Source: Octopus vulgaris (lineage: Eukaryota). From it: a stretch of 64,000 nt of DNA. Positions 1 to 12,550 of the stretch are shown in pieces. The translations under genes were made by a program, and so were the position numbers. Location: contig OX597836.1 in assembly GCA_951406725.2 (NCBI GenBank), positions 8,866,001 through 8,930,000 of the forward strand, read 5' to 3'. Position 1 is the stretch's first letter, and each line of letters begins with the position of its first letter. Below the pieces are notes generated by a model. It was not told where the DNA came from. It did not search any database and saw nothing but the letters and a program-made list of their open reading frames with translations.

Positions 1-9
1 TACATATAA

Positions 10-390
10 GCGCAGGAGTGGTTGTGTGGTAAGTAGCTTGCTTCCCAATCACATGGTTCCGGGTTCAGTCCCACTGCGTGGCACCTTGGGCAAGTGTCTT
101 CTACTATACCCTCGGGCCGACCAAAGACTTGTAAGTGGATTTGGTAGATGGAAACTGAAAGAAGCCCGTCGTATATAAATGTATGTGTGTGTGTCTGTGT
201 TTGACCCCCACCATCGCTTGACATCCGAAGCTGGTGTGTTTACGTCCTCGTAAATTAGTGGTTCGGCGAAAAAGACCGATAGAATAAATACTAGGCTTAC
301 AAAGAATAAGTCCTGGGGTCGATTTGTAAGGGGTCGACTATAAGGCGGTGCTCCAGCATGGCCGAATTAAAATGACTGAAACAAAAGAAT
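10..390 (+). mobile_element. tRNA-derived SINE family A (CORE-like), near full length
   Basis: A-box-like TGGTTGTGTGGTAAG, B-box-like GGTTCAGTCCC, CORE-like CACCTTGGGCAAGTG, internal (TA)/(TG) tract; many homologous copies in the window. Confidence 0.9.
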
Positions 391-404
391 ACATATATTT
401 TTTC

Positions 405-532
405 TTCGTTTCAGTCGTTTGACTGCGGCCGAGCTGGAGCACCGCCTTATAGTCGAACAAATCGATCCAAGGACATATTCATTGTAAGCTTAGTACTTAT
501 TCTATCGATCACTTATGCCGAACGGCTAAGTT
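405..532 (-). mobile_element. SINE family A 3' fragment, inverted relative to 10-390
   Basis: GACTGCGGCC..GCTGGAGCACCGCC is the reverse complement of the family A 3' part. Confidence 0.85.
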
Positions 533-558
533 ATTCGAGGAGTATATCCTTGGTATTT

Positions 559-640
559 AGCATCTAGAAAGTAAGAAAGTTACCATTGGTTTCGCGTCTA
601 CTCTTGCACTGGACAATATAGACGACTCATCAGAGATGCT
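559..640 (-). ncRNA. Type I hammerhead ribozyme-like motif within a fold-back element (535-730)
   Basis: Minus strand AGCATCT-CTGATGA-G(T)CGTCTA..TAGACGC-GAAAC-CAATG-GTA; the stem I partner AGATGCT lies 15 nt after the GUA site. Confidence 0.55.
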
Positions 641-777
641 GGCCCAAAGTGCACAGCCTCTTTACTGACGCGAAACCAAGGGTAAGTTTCTGACTGGCTT
701 TATGCCGTAACTGGGGACATTCTATTCGAAGACAATTGCTTTTAAAATGTACTCTTTCCAACTTATTGACAACTGAC

Positions 778-986
778 CGGTGTGTATGTATATATACATA
801 TATGTGTGTGTGTATATATATGTGTGTCTATGTGTATGTGTCTGTCTGTATGCGTATATGTCTGTCTATATGCGTATGTGTGTATATGCGTACGTGTATA
901 TATATATATATGTGTGTGTGTATATATATATATATATGTGTGTGTGTATATATATATATATGTGTGTGTGTGTGTATATATATATA

Positions 987-1017
<31 letters not shown>

Positions 1018-1150
1018 GTGTGTGTTTGTATATATATGTGTGTATATGTATATGTGTATATATAAGCTTTTATACGTGTATACACCAATCATATGTCTGT
1101 GTGTGTGCACACATACGTGTCTGTAATATATATATATATATATATATATC
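778..1150. repeat. (TA)n/(TG)n compound microsatellite
   Basis: Direct inspection. Confidence 0.95.
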
Positions 1151-1729
1151 TGTCTTATTATATATTCACACACCCACGCAAACCGAACTAATTTATAATA
1201 TTTATCCACGTGTACACTAAGTTTCATTATTAATTTGTGGTACCATTATCATCACCATCGTTATCACCATCGCCTCCTCCACCCGACTCCTCCGCAAACA
1301 TCACTACCACCACAGCCACCACCACCACCACCACCCTCAGCACTACCGCAGTATCAGTCATCAGCAGCAGCAGCTACAGAATTAATCCTTATTTATTAAT
1401 TAGCTCAAATATTGGATGAGTTACATAATATTAATTAATTAAAATATATATTTTATTTGATCAATTCAATCACATTAAGTTGTGGCTGTGGTGGTGGGGG
1501 CGTTTGGGTTTGAGGGGAGGGGCGCTTGTGTTTTGAAGGAGATTATTGTTTGGGGGTGGTGTCTTGTGGGGTGCGTACGTGTGTGTGTGTCTGTGTGCGA
1601 ACGTGTCTTTTTGTGTGGGGTGCATGTGTGTTTTCCTAAGGGGGGGTGGGTGTATTTGAGTGATTGTAGGGTTTTGATGGGGTGTGATGTGTTTGTGTGT
1701 CTGTATATATCTGTCTGTGTGTGTGTCTG

Positions 1730-1766
<37 letters not shown>

Positions 1767-2082
1767 CTGTGTGTTTGTATGTGTTTTTCATTATGTCACT
1801 ATCATGAAAATCTTTATTTTATTAAAAACAAAAAAGTCGCCATATTTAGGGGACAGCTGTTGGCTTCCATAATTATTATCGTCACCAATTGGCGCCAGAA
1901 TTAATTTCGAGCCCCTTTCCTCACCCCACCCTACCCCTATCGCGGTGCCGTTTGAGTAAGTACCAGTTATATACTGCGGTTTTAAACTAACCAGATCAGC
2001 AATCCCGTTTCATTTCAACTCCCCCCCCCCCCATTCCTCTCTCTTGGGGTCTATAAAATCTCTGTTAAAAATATTGTCTGCT

Positions 2083-2415
2083 ATGATGATGGTGAGGATG
2101 ATGGGTGGTGATGATGATGATGATGATGGTGAGGATGATGAGGGGGATGATGATGATGGTGAGGATGATGATGGTGGTGATGATGATGGTGGTGATGATG
2201 ATGGTGAGGGGGATGATGATGGTGAGGATGATGGTGGTGGTGATGATGATGGTGAGGAGGATGATGGTGAGGAGGAGGATGATGGTGAGGGTGATGAGGG
2301 GGATGATGATGATGGTGAGGGGGTGAGGGGGATGATGATGGTGAGGATGGTGAGGGGGATGGTGATGGTGAGGATGATGGTGGTGAGGAGGATGATGATG
2401 GTGAGGGTGATGTTG
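2083..2415. repeat. GAT/GGT/GAG trinucleotide low-complexity tract
   Basis: Direct inspection; source of the poly-D/G, poly-H and poly-M ORFs. Confidence 0.9.
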
Positions 2416-2626
2416 GTGGGGGTATTGCTAGATATGTCGTCACTACAGTGTGTAAAAATATCCGCGCGCATACAGAGACGGGTGCATACACGCACACATA
2501 CATATGGAGGCACACACACACACACACACACACACACGGATGCATACACGCAAGCATATGCATACGGGTGAACATATGCTCACACATACACACGGCTGCA
2601 TACGCGCGCGTGCGCACACGTATGCA

Positions 2627-2654
<28 letters not shown>

Positions 2655-2658
<4 letters not shown>

Positions 2659-2843
2659 CACATTCATATATGTACTCAGTGCACACATACACAGAGCACA
2701 CAGAAACGTACATACCGGTGCACACACGCATTCGCATATAAACATATGCGCACACACACACACACGCGCACACACACACATGCACACACGCACATGCGCA
2801 TACACACGCACATGCACACACACACATGCGCACACACACACAT

Positions 2844-2880
<37 letters not shown>

Positions 2881-3115
2881 CACACACACATGCACACACA
2901 CATACACACACACATACACACACATACACACACACATATACACCGGTACTCTCTCTCTCTATCTCACACGCAGATTCATACGCAAGTGCGCGCATAAACA
3001 GACACCATTCACGGATGAGTAGAGATCGGACACGCAGAGAAGAGTCACGGGTGACGAAACAATTAACAAGGCGCAGTTGGCGAACATGGCTGTCTGACGA
3101 ACCAAACGCATTAAG

Positions 3116-3157
<42 letters not shown>

Positions 3158-3947
3158 CGTATGGGGCTTGAAGGGGTGGGGGAGAGGCGATCGTTCAATA
3201 AGGAAGGAAGACACGCATGCGTATCCTTTAGCTTTGACTTGCTTCATCCAAAAGACTGTGGCCATACTGGGACAACGCCTTGAAGAATTTAAGCCTGCCG
3301 CTTATTGTCTTTCTCTTTTATCGAACCACTAAGTTACGGCGGCGTAAACAAACCATCACCGGTTGTCAAGCAGTGACGTAACACACATAGGTACATATAT
3401 ACGTACTCACACACATGCACACGCGCACCGGCACTCACGCGCGCACTCACACACGTACTCGCACACGCACTCTCACACGTACTCTCACATGCGCACTCAC
3501 ACACGGGTGGATGAAAAGTGGGGTGGATGAGAAGTTCCTGACTTTAAGGATTTCGCGAAAGGCCTGGTTGAAGGCCTAAACTTCCGAGACCCTTTTATAG
3601 GGTTTAGAAAAACTGAAGGACCGCTGCGATGTGTGAATCTGAGAAGGGAATATGTTGAATTGTATTTTCTTTCACCCAAACCCAGGGACTTTTCACAACC
3701 CCTTTGTGTGTAATACATATATATTCTTGTTTGTCAGTTGACTGCGGCCATGCTGGAGCACCACCTTAAACGGTTTTAGTCGAAGATATCAACTCCAGGA
3801 CTTATTCTTTGTAAGCCTAGTACTTATTCTATCGGTCTCTTTTTACCGAACCGCTAAGTTATGAAAATGTAAACACACCAGCATCAGTTGTCAAGCGATG
3901 TTGGGGGGGACAAACACAGACACACAAACATATATACACACACACAC

Positions 3948-3999
<52 letters not shown>

Positions 4000-4449
4000 T
4001 CATATATGTACAGTGCACACATACACAGAGCACACAGAAACGTACATACCGGTGCACACACGCATTCGCATATAAACATATGCGCGCACACACACACACA
4101 CATGCACACACGCACATGCGCACACACACGCACATGCACACACACACACATGCACACACACACATGCACACACACACACATGCACACACACACACACACA
4201 CATGCACACACACACACACACACACATGCACACACACATACACACACACATACACACACATACACACACATATACACCGGTACTCTCTCTCTCTATCTCA
4301 CACGCAGATTCATACGCAAGTGCGCGCATAAACAGACACCATTCACGGATGAGTAGAGATCGGACACGCAGAGAAGAGTCACGGGTGACGAAACAATTAA
4401 CAAGGCGCAGTTGGCGAACATGGCTGTCTGACGAACCAAACGCATTAAG

Positions 4450-4490
<41 letters not shown>

Positions 4491-5266
4491 TATGGAGCTT
4501 GAAGGGGTGGGGGAGAGGCGATCGTTCAATAAGGAAGGAAGACACGCATGCGTATCCTTTAGCTTTGACTTGCTTCATCCAAAAGACTGTGGCCATACTG
4601 GGACAACGCCTTGAAGAATTTAAGCCTGCCGCTTATTGTCTTTCTCTTTTATCGAACCACTAAGTTACGGCGGCGTAAACAAACCATCACCGGTTGTCAA
4701 GCAGTGACGTAACACACATAGGTACATATATACGTACTCACACACATGCACACGCGCACCGGCACTCACGCGCGCACTCACACACGTACTCGCACACGCA
4801 CTCTCACACGTACTCTCACATGCGCACTCACACACGGGTGGATGAAAAGTGGGGTGGATGAGAAGTTCCTGACTTTAAGGATTTCGCGAAAGGCCTGGTT
4901 GAAGGCCTAAACTTCCGAGACCCTTTTATAGGGTTTAGAAAAACTGAAGGACCGCTGCGATGTGTGAATCTGAGAAGGGAATATGTTGAATTGTATTTTC
5001 TTTCACCCAAACCCAGGGACTTTTCACAACCCCTTTGTGTGTAATACATATATATTCTTGTTTGTCAGTTGACTGCGGCCATGCTGGAGCACCACCTTAA
5101 ACGGTTTTAGTCGAAGATATCAACTCCAGGACTTATTCTTTGTAAGCCTAGTACTTATTCTATCGGTCTCTTTTTACCGAACCGCTAAGTTATGAAAATG
5201 TAAACACACCAGCATCAGTTGTCAAGCGATGTTGGGGGGGACAAACACAGACACACAAACATATAT

Positions 5267-5325
<59 letters not shown>
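2655..5325 (+). repeat. Tandem segmental duplication, two ~1.33-kb units (~2655-3990 and ~3991-5325)
   Basis: Identical unique sequence at offset 1331-1334 (ORFs 3497-3718 and 4828-5049 are identical); differences mostly in microsatellite length. Confidence 0.95.
3502..3710 (+). mobile_element. Mariner-derived MITE (duplicated at 4833-5041; related copy at 55943-56150)
   Basis: Degenerate TIRs GGATGAGAAGTTCCTG / CAGGGACTTTTCACAACCCC; internal sequence matches 55943-56150 in the opposite orientation. Confidence 0.65.
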
Positions 5326-5330
<5 letters not shown>

Positions 5331-5465
5331 GACGGGCTTCTTTCAGTTTCCATTTACCAAATCCACTCACAAGGCTTTGGTCGGCCCAAGGTGCCACACA
5401 GTGGGACTGAACCCGGATCTATGTGGTTCGTAAGCAAGCTACTTCCCACACAGCCACTCCTACGC

Positions 5466-5466
<1 letters not shown>
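5055..5466 (-). mobile_element. SINE family A, near full length
   Basis: Reverse complement of 10-390 including the tRNA-like head at 5400-5466. Confidence 0.9.
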
Positions 5467-5525
<59 letters not shown>

Positions 5526-6034
5526 GAAATGAGAGATAACTTATACTTAGTTTCCTACGTGCGTTTCAGCATTTTCTTTGTCCAGAGTCCTGTAATAGTT
5601 TTTCCAAGCACTCATAGATATTTAGCCACGACCGATCATGAGGGAACACTTTATTGTATGAAATTACAGGTAACTGTCTCAGAGTTATAAAATATCTTGT
5701 GCGTAAACAAACACATGTGCGAGTGTTACCTTTTTGTTTAGAGCTTGACGTAGATTATTCTCATCGAGTCGTCTTCCACTTTTAAAATTGTCACCATATT
5801 AAGGGACAGCTGTTGGCTTCTGTATAGTGGGGTTACTCATGTACTTATTTGTGTTGCTGGTTATGATATCCAGGGCAAATGGAGGAGAAATTATGACAAA
5901 CACTAAGTTTATATTAGTTCCTACGTACGTTTCACCGTTATGGTCGCTTGGGAACTTGCGTTTGGATACCTTTATGTGCTTAAGCAGAATATATGCTTTG
6001 TGGGTATCTTAATTTCTCTATTATAATTATATAT

Positions 6035-6503
6035 ACAAGCAATAATAAATCTCTGAACGAGGTATAAACAGTAGCTGCACGACATCGTGAAGTATATTTG
6101 CCACTTAAATGTGGCTAACAACTGAGAGTGGATGTTACTGTAGCTTGTAGCCCCAGGAGAACATCTTCTCCAGTTGGCTATTGACACACTTTCTGTGCCC
6201 TGTTGGTATTTGTAAATGGAAGCCATCCTTCCCTTCGTCATCCTACGTGATACGCACGGACTCGAGTTTCTGGGTATTGACCCGTCATCAGCGCACGACA
6301 ATCACCGGTTTTCGATGGAAGGGTCCCAATGCAAATACATATATCCTTTTTCCAGTGACATTTCGTCACTGATCTTGAAAAAGTCTAAACAAGCCATAAT
6401 AAATCTCTGAATGAAGTATAAACAGTAGCTGCACCACAATGTGAAGTATATTTGCCGCCATAATGTGGCTAACACCTAAGGGTGGGTGTCATTGTAGCTT
6501 GTA
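6035..6503 (-). mobile_element. Retrozyme/Penelope-like element: 354-bp monomer plus ~115-bp terminal direct repeat
   Basis: Direct repeats 6035-6149 and 6389-6503 (offset 354), TA-rich flanks, internal hammerhead motif. Confidence 0.7.
6247..6305 (-). ncRNA. Type I hammerhead ribozyme motif
   Basis: GTGAT-TGT-CGTGCG-CTGATGA-C-GGGT-CAAT-ACCC-A-GAAAC-TCGA-GTC-CGTGCG-T-ATCAC: full CUGAUGA/GAAA core, GUC site, palindromic stem III, extended stem I. Confidence 0.8.
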
Positions 6504-7694
6504 CCATATATAGCATATACCACACATACACGCATTTACATACATGCATATTTACACATAAATGCATACATACGCATACACACGCACACACACAAACACC
6601 CGAGTACACGCTCTCTCACTCTCTCCCTCTCTATATATATATATATATATATATACATACATACATAGAGAGAGAGAGAGGTATCTATATATTATATATA
6701 TCAAGCGAGAGGGAGAAAGAGGTAGACGAATCTATATCTATCCAGATATACAAATTCTCTGGTAAACATCGATGCATGCAGTCGGGTATTCATTGTTCGC
6801 TATTCCGGGTGGGTGGCGAATATTTAGTTCCTGGTGAGCTGTTTGAAATGCCATGCTGCCAACAGAGATGAAATATAAAACTGAAGGAAGCGGATATTAA
6901 GATATATAAAGCGACGAACAATTTGATAGACATTATCAGTATTTTTTCATCATTATCATCATCATTATTATTATTATCATCATTATTATCGCCGTCGTCA
7001 TCGTCGTCATTATTATTAGCATTTGCTGTGGATATCGTCTCCAGGGTAAAAACACGAGATCGTTCTTTTGGAACTTGTCGGAGACATCTATTATGAGCGT
7101 ATTGAGTGTATTTAAGCAACTTAGGAGAGTTGGTACTGCGTCGAACAAACTGCATTGCGGTATTTGTTTCGGCTCTTGGCGATCTGAGTTCAAATCCCAA
7201 AGGTCAACTTTCGATTTTTGTTTTTTTGTTTTTTTTTTTATGTCACCTCCCCACCACCACCACCGGTCTTGATGAAAAATAAATTGGTAAATATGTGCAG
7301 ACATGGCTGTGCGGTTAAGAAGCTCGCTTTTCAACCACGTGGTTTCCGGTTCGTTCCCACTGCGTGGCGGCATCTTAGGGAAGTATCTTTTATATATAAC
7401 CTTGGGCCAACCAATGCCTTTTGAATGAATTTGGAAGACGGAAACTGTGTGGAAGTCCGTCGTGCATCTCTACCACAGCTTCACTACTGGTGTTGGTTTG
7501 TCCCTGTAATTTAGCGGTTTCCCAAAAGAGTCCAAGATAACAAAGCAAGTACAGGGGTGGAACAAATCGACCCCAGTTCTTATTAGTCGCTTCTTAAAAG
7601 AAATGACCCCTCCAACGATCCCCAGTATGCCGTTGGATCTTAATTTGCTGGGTATGAAGAAAAGGGGGCAGTAGTTATGGCTTTTGCCCCCATA

Positions 7695-8644
7695 ACTTCG
7701 CTAGCATGTTCCTCGTGTCATTCAGTAACAACTTTAGCTGTGTGAAGTGGTGCATTATCATCTTGAAAGATTGCATTTCTCTCCGGAAACAGTTCCACAA
7801 CCATAGGGTGAATTTGATCAGATAAAATGCTTAGTCTTAACTATTAATTCTGCCATGAAGGGAAACCATTGGGCCGGCGGATTTCCAAGATATAGCCACA
7901 AATCATCACATTTTAACAGTTGGAAGAAGGCAATCTGGGTCAAATGCTTCTTTTGGTTGTCTCCAGACGTATATTCGGTCGGTGGTCGGAAATAAGGTAA
8001 AGGATGACTCGTCCGAGAAAATAACTTTCTTCCACTATTCTAGGGACCAATTCTGTAGGTTTTTACTCTACTCTAAACACTTTGCAACGTTTGTTTTTGA
8101 AAGTAGTGGTTTTCTGATTGCATCCCTCCTGTGAAATCTGGTTTTGTGTATCTCCAGACGAACAGTTTTTGTAGAAACTGTGCTGTGTTCTTGAGGTGGT
8201 CATTAAGCTCTGCAGTAATTTTGGAAGCTGCACTTTTGTGATCTTTTTTAACAATTCGCGTAAGAATCCGACGGTTCCTATTTGAAAATTTTGGTTTTAT
8301 TCCAGAGTTTTGTTTCGACGAGGTTTTCCCCTCTTTCTCAAAGGCTGCCATTACTTTCGAGACAGTACTTCTTGATTCACCAAACATTTCGGCTGCTTTC
8401 GTTACGCTAACGCCTGCCATACAAGCACCAACAATTTGACTTCTTTGAAAGTCCGATAGCTCTGTAATTTTAATGAATTTTAATTACCATTTTCTGATGG
8501 CAAATTTAGCAAAACATATTAAGCAACACTCATAATAAATATATAAAAAAACATTAAAATAAACAAGATTTTGACGGTTTTATAGATATTTCAAAATTAT
8601 GATGCTATGATGCTAGGTGTTTCCATTATTTTGTCTAACCCCTG
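7695..8644 (-). mobile_element. Tc1-family DNA transposon remnant (frameshifted transposase, one TIR)
   Basis: HTH-like MAGVSVTKAAEMFGESRSTVSKVM (ORF 8073-8420), FSDESSF near 8000-8020, FQDDNAPLH near 7745-7770; terminal CAGGGGTTAGACAAAATAATGGAAACACCT next to TA at 8645-8646. Confidence 0.9.
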
Positions 8645-9496
8645 TATATGCGTGTCTGCAATGTATATATACATACAAAAACATCTATATAGTTGGAACT
8701 ATATGTATACAAAGTATATATATACATATATGTAAACGCACACATATACGCACGCACATTTGCACTATAGATGGAAGTCTATATATGTATGCGTGTGCAT
8801 ATATATAGATATATATGCACACACACGCGCGCGCGCGCGTACTTCTATGTAAAACTATGAAAGTATATATTTGTACACACAAAATACAATGGGAAAACGA
8901 CTCATAGGCGCGCGCGGCTTCTGTGTATATGCATTGTATATAGTATATATTTGTACGTCATATAATGTTGCATCAGTCATTTTACGAATGAACACCCAAC
9001 ATGTATATAGTCAGTTTGATGTTGCATCACAATATTTTACGAAAACACCCAACACCACCACCGCCACCACCATCACCACCACCGCCATCACCACCACCGC
9101 CACCACCATCACCACCATCGCCACCACCATCAGCAAAGCAAGCGGTGGTGCTGGTGGCGTAGACTTCTTTTACAACTTTCTACATGGCGCTTCCAAACTC
9201 CCCAGACACCCCGTTCCATTCTTCGTGCCCACCCCTCCATGCACACCAGTTCAGTTGGCCCCTCCCTCTTCACCCCTCCACACACACACACACCACAGTT
9301 CAGTCACCTCTCTCCACCTCCCTCATTAACGTTGTAACACCATCGCCCCCCCCTTGTCATTCCCTACTCCCACCGTCACTCCTGCCACCACCTTCTGGTT
9401 CGGCTTTCCTTTCAAATTACTCGTGACCTTTGTGCGGTCACATTTTTCGTCAGCATCAATTAACTTCCACTTTTACGTCTTAAAACTGCCGCCGCG

Positions 9497-9531
<35 letters not shown>

Positions 9532-9739
9532 TATACATATACACGCATATGTATACATACGCATACATGCACACATATATGTATACACACATTAAACACA
9601 CACACACACACACACACTCAAGCGCACGCACACACGCACGCTCCTACGCATGCACACACACACCCTCGTACGCACACGCAATTATGCACACACAACTACG
9701 CACACGCACGCTCTTACGCATGTAAACACACCCTTGCAC

Positions 9740-10230
9740 ACACACATACGCACACACGCATACACTCATACGCACGCACACTCATAGGCGCGCACACTCA
9801 TACGCACGCACACTCATACGCGCACACTCATACGCACGCACACACTCATACGCACGCACACACTCATACGCACGCACACACTCATACGCACGCACACTCA
9901 TACACACGCACACACTCATACACACGCACACTCATAGGCGCACACACTCATACGCACGCACACACTCATACGCACGCACACTCAACTCATACACACGCAC
10001 ACTCATAGGCGCGCACACTCATACACACGCTCCCGCACACGCACACACTCATACGCACGCACACTCATACGCACGAACACTCATAGGCGCGCACACTCAT
10101 ACGCTCCCGCACACACACACTCATACGCACGCACACACTCATACGCACGCACACTCATACACACGCACACTCATAGGCGCGCACACTCATACGCTCCCGC
10201 ACGCACACACTCATAAGCTCGCACATGCGC
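9740..10230. repeat. Minisatellite of ~16-18-bp units (CACACTCATACGCACGCA variants)
   Basis: Direct inspection. Confidence 0.9.
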
Positions 10231-10409
10231 ACATTCATATTCTCACACATACGCGCGTATACGCACACACTCATACGCACGTACACCATGCACACATACA
10301 GTTACGGTTACCTTCATTCCAACCACCACTGCCACCCCCACAACCACCACTTTCCCTACCCCCATCACTTCCAATACCTTTACCACCCACCTTTCAACCA
10401 TCACTTTTA

Positions 10410-10700
10410 CTAGCTTCTGTTGCGGAATCAATATTCAGACTTCGTGCAAGGGGAAGTCTGTGGAGCGGTATCCGGTGCACTGGTGTAAAACAGTAGATCA
10501 TGTTATATACGTGCCATATGAGTGTCTGATGATTGTCCTAGGACACTAGACGTGTTAATAAACACTGTTTGGAATACTCTCAGCACATGAAACTAATAGT
10601 AGCACATAAAAACATATATTGTATTTATTAAATGATATTTATCGCTCACCAGATGGAGTACTTTTTTGTTGTTGTTGATCTTATGGTCTCGGGACAATAT
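10410..10700 (+). mobile_element. Short Penelope-like element with a degenerate hammerhead (10521-10566)
   Basis: AGTGT-CTGATGA-T-TGTCC-TA-GGACA-CTAGAC..ACACT; the 3' end resembles the reverse complement of 44045-44100; ends in (TA)n. Confidence 0.4.
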
Positions 10701-11094
10701 ATATATACATATATACGAGCAAAACGCACCCCGTCCAATGGACGGTGCTGAGTTGTCAAACATTTAAACCAAATTTTCTCAAAACAACTTGTCTGACCGT
10801 CCCATAGGCCTCCCCTTTGAGAAATACTGATTTAACCTGAATTTGAGACACCAGCAAAAGAAGAAATAAAGATAGACTTTTTTTCTATTCCAAAGAAAAA
10901 CGATTTTATTCACACAAATATGCAACCGAAGAGTTTAAAGTACCAGTAATGATAAGGCTGTTGACTGGGAGAACACAAACATGGTTTAAACAGTAAAATT
11001 GGCAGGAAAGAAACGTGCCTTTAAGCAGTACAAGAACAACAAAAAATGGAAGGTGCAGTTATGTACAGGTTGACTGAAGAAAAGCAGGACAAAA

Positions 11095-11270
11095 ATGGCT
11101 TCATCGATCGCATTCTCACCTGGAATCGATTTTTGTAATTTTTTCAAGATTTATACACGCCCCGATACCGTCGGTATGTACATATCAAATTTGAGCGCAA
11201 TCGGATGGAGGATGCCCGAGATACACACACCTAGACACACACACACACAGACAACGGATTTTATATACTA
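11095..11270 (-). mobile_element. Non-autonomous Helitron-like 5' fragment
   Basis: Minus strand begins TAGTATATAAAATCCGTTGTCTGTGTG, similar to the start of the Helitron at 23045. Confidence 0.4.
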
Positions 11271-11459
11271 CACACACACACACTTGTGTCATTCTCATTT
11301 TTTTCTCTACTTGGCACTCCATCGTCATTAACCCTCTCCCTCCTTTTCTCTCTCTCTTTCTCTCTAATAATCAGCAGTAAGACAGACACCCTGCTGGAGA
11401 ACGATGGCTTAGGCTAGGTACAAAATGTCCAAGATTAGTCGTATATCATGACGATAGTC

Positions 11460-11600
11460 TTTTCTCCTCTAGGCACAAGGCCCGACATTTTTTTTGGGGG
11501 GGGGGAGCCATCGATTAGATTGACTTCAGTACACAACTGGTACTTAATTTAACAACCCTGAAAGGATGAAAGGCAAAGTCGACCTCGGCTGAATTTGTAT
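11460..11600 (-). mobile_element. SINE family B (Meta-domain) fragment
   Basis: AAGGATGAAAGGCAAAGTCGACCTCGG. Confidence 0.8.
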
Positions 11601-11892
11601 ATCATGACGATATTCTTATGATGCTGCCAGGAATTGTGAACCAAAGACAAGACATGGCATTGTGAAAGAAACCTGTTAACCATTTAAAAGCAACGGAAGC
11701 CTTCGTATACTTGCCGGACTATAAACTGCCGAACCTTTCGTCCCCCTTCTGCGATCTGATCACATTCTCACACTTGGTTATTGATTCGTACCCCTATTAC
11801 TTTGCCTTTCATTCTTTCAGGAGCATTGGGGGATTGATGTAATTGGTTTACCCCTCTTCTCGACTTGTTGCCCTTGTGCCAGTATTTGAAAC

Positions 11893-11949
<57 letters not shown>

Positions 11950-12214
11950 GCACAAGAGCACAAATGTTTAACTGGTGCTTATAACCGATAATTTACATCA
12001 CTTCGCTACTTTAACCTTAGTTTGTAAATCAGTCTTCTACCATTTTCTGACACCTGATGTGACCTGAAAAAATATAGAATTCTCATTGCTCTAAATTTCG
12101 CGTAGAAACGTCAGCTTAACAGGATTTCAGAATTAAAACTTACGAATCCAAATTACTGTACAAACACGGGCCATTCAATAAAAACCTCCGTATTGAAGCT
12201 ATATATATATATAT

Positions 12215-12550
12215 AATGTCTATATCTAATTTAGGATAAAATTTTCAAAAAATTTTATCAGTGGCCACCATATTTTTAAAAAATACCTTTTTAATGTGAA
12301 AATTATAAACAACTTATAAATAAGGGCAACAGAAAAAAATCTCTATGCCAAAGATGCCGAGAAATAGACTTTAAATCGTCAATAACCACATATAATTCAT
12401 CGCTAAAAGCACACGTCTTGAAGCATGCTGACAGAAATTTCTAAAAAAATTCCGATACTACCGAATCGGTCCGATTTCTGAGTTGATTCTTAAAGAACTT
12501 TCTCGTCATCAGCGATAAATACGTTAAGAAATAAACGAAATACTTACTTG
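12215..12550 (-). mobile_element. Short TA-embedded element carrying a hammerhead motif
   Basis: Abuts (TA)n at ~12200-12214; contains the motif at 12458-12518; boundaries approximate. Confidence 0.5.
12458..12518 (-). ncRNA. Type I hammerhead ribozyme motif
   Basis: TTATCG-CTGATGA-C-GAG..(TTCTTTAAGAA)..CTC-A-GAAAT-CGGACCG-ATT-CGGTAG: full core, palindromic stem III, 6-bp stem I with two G-U pairs. Confidence 0.7.

Noticed and set aside
3012-3085. CGGATGA-GT..AC-GAAAC hammerhead-like string
   Set aside because: Mutated core and no stem I or stem III support.
736-5410. Long ORFs rich in C/V/Y/I/H/T/D/G (e.g. 2081-3265, 394 aa)
   Set aside because: Translations of di- and trinucleotide microsatellites; no domain structure. 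The same applies to similar ORFs throughout the window.
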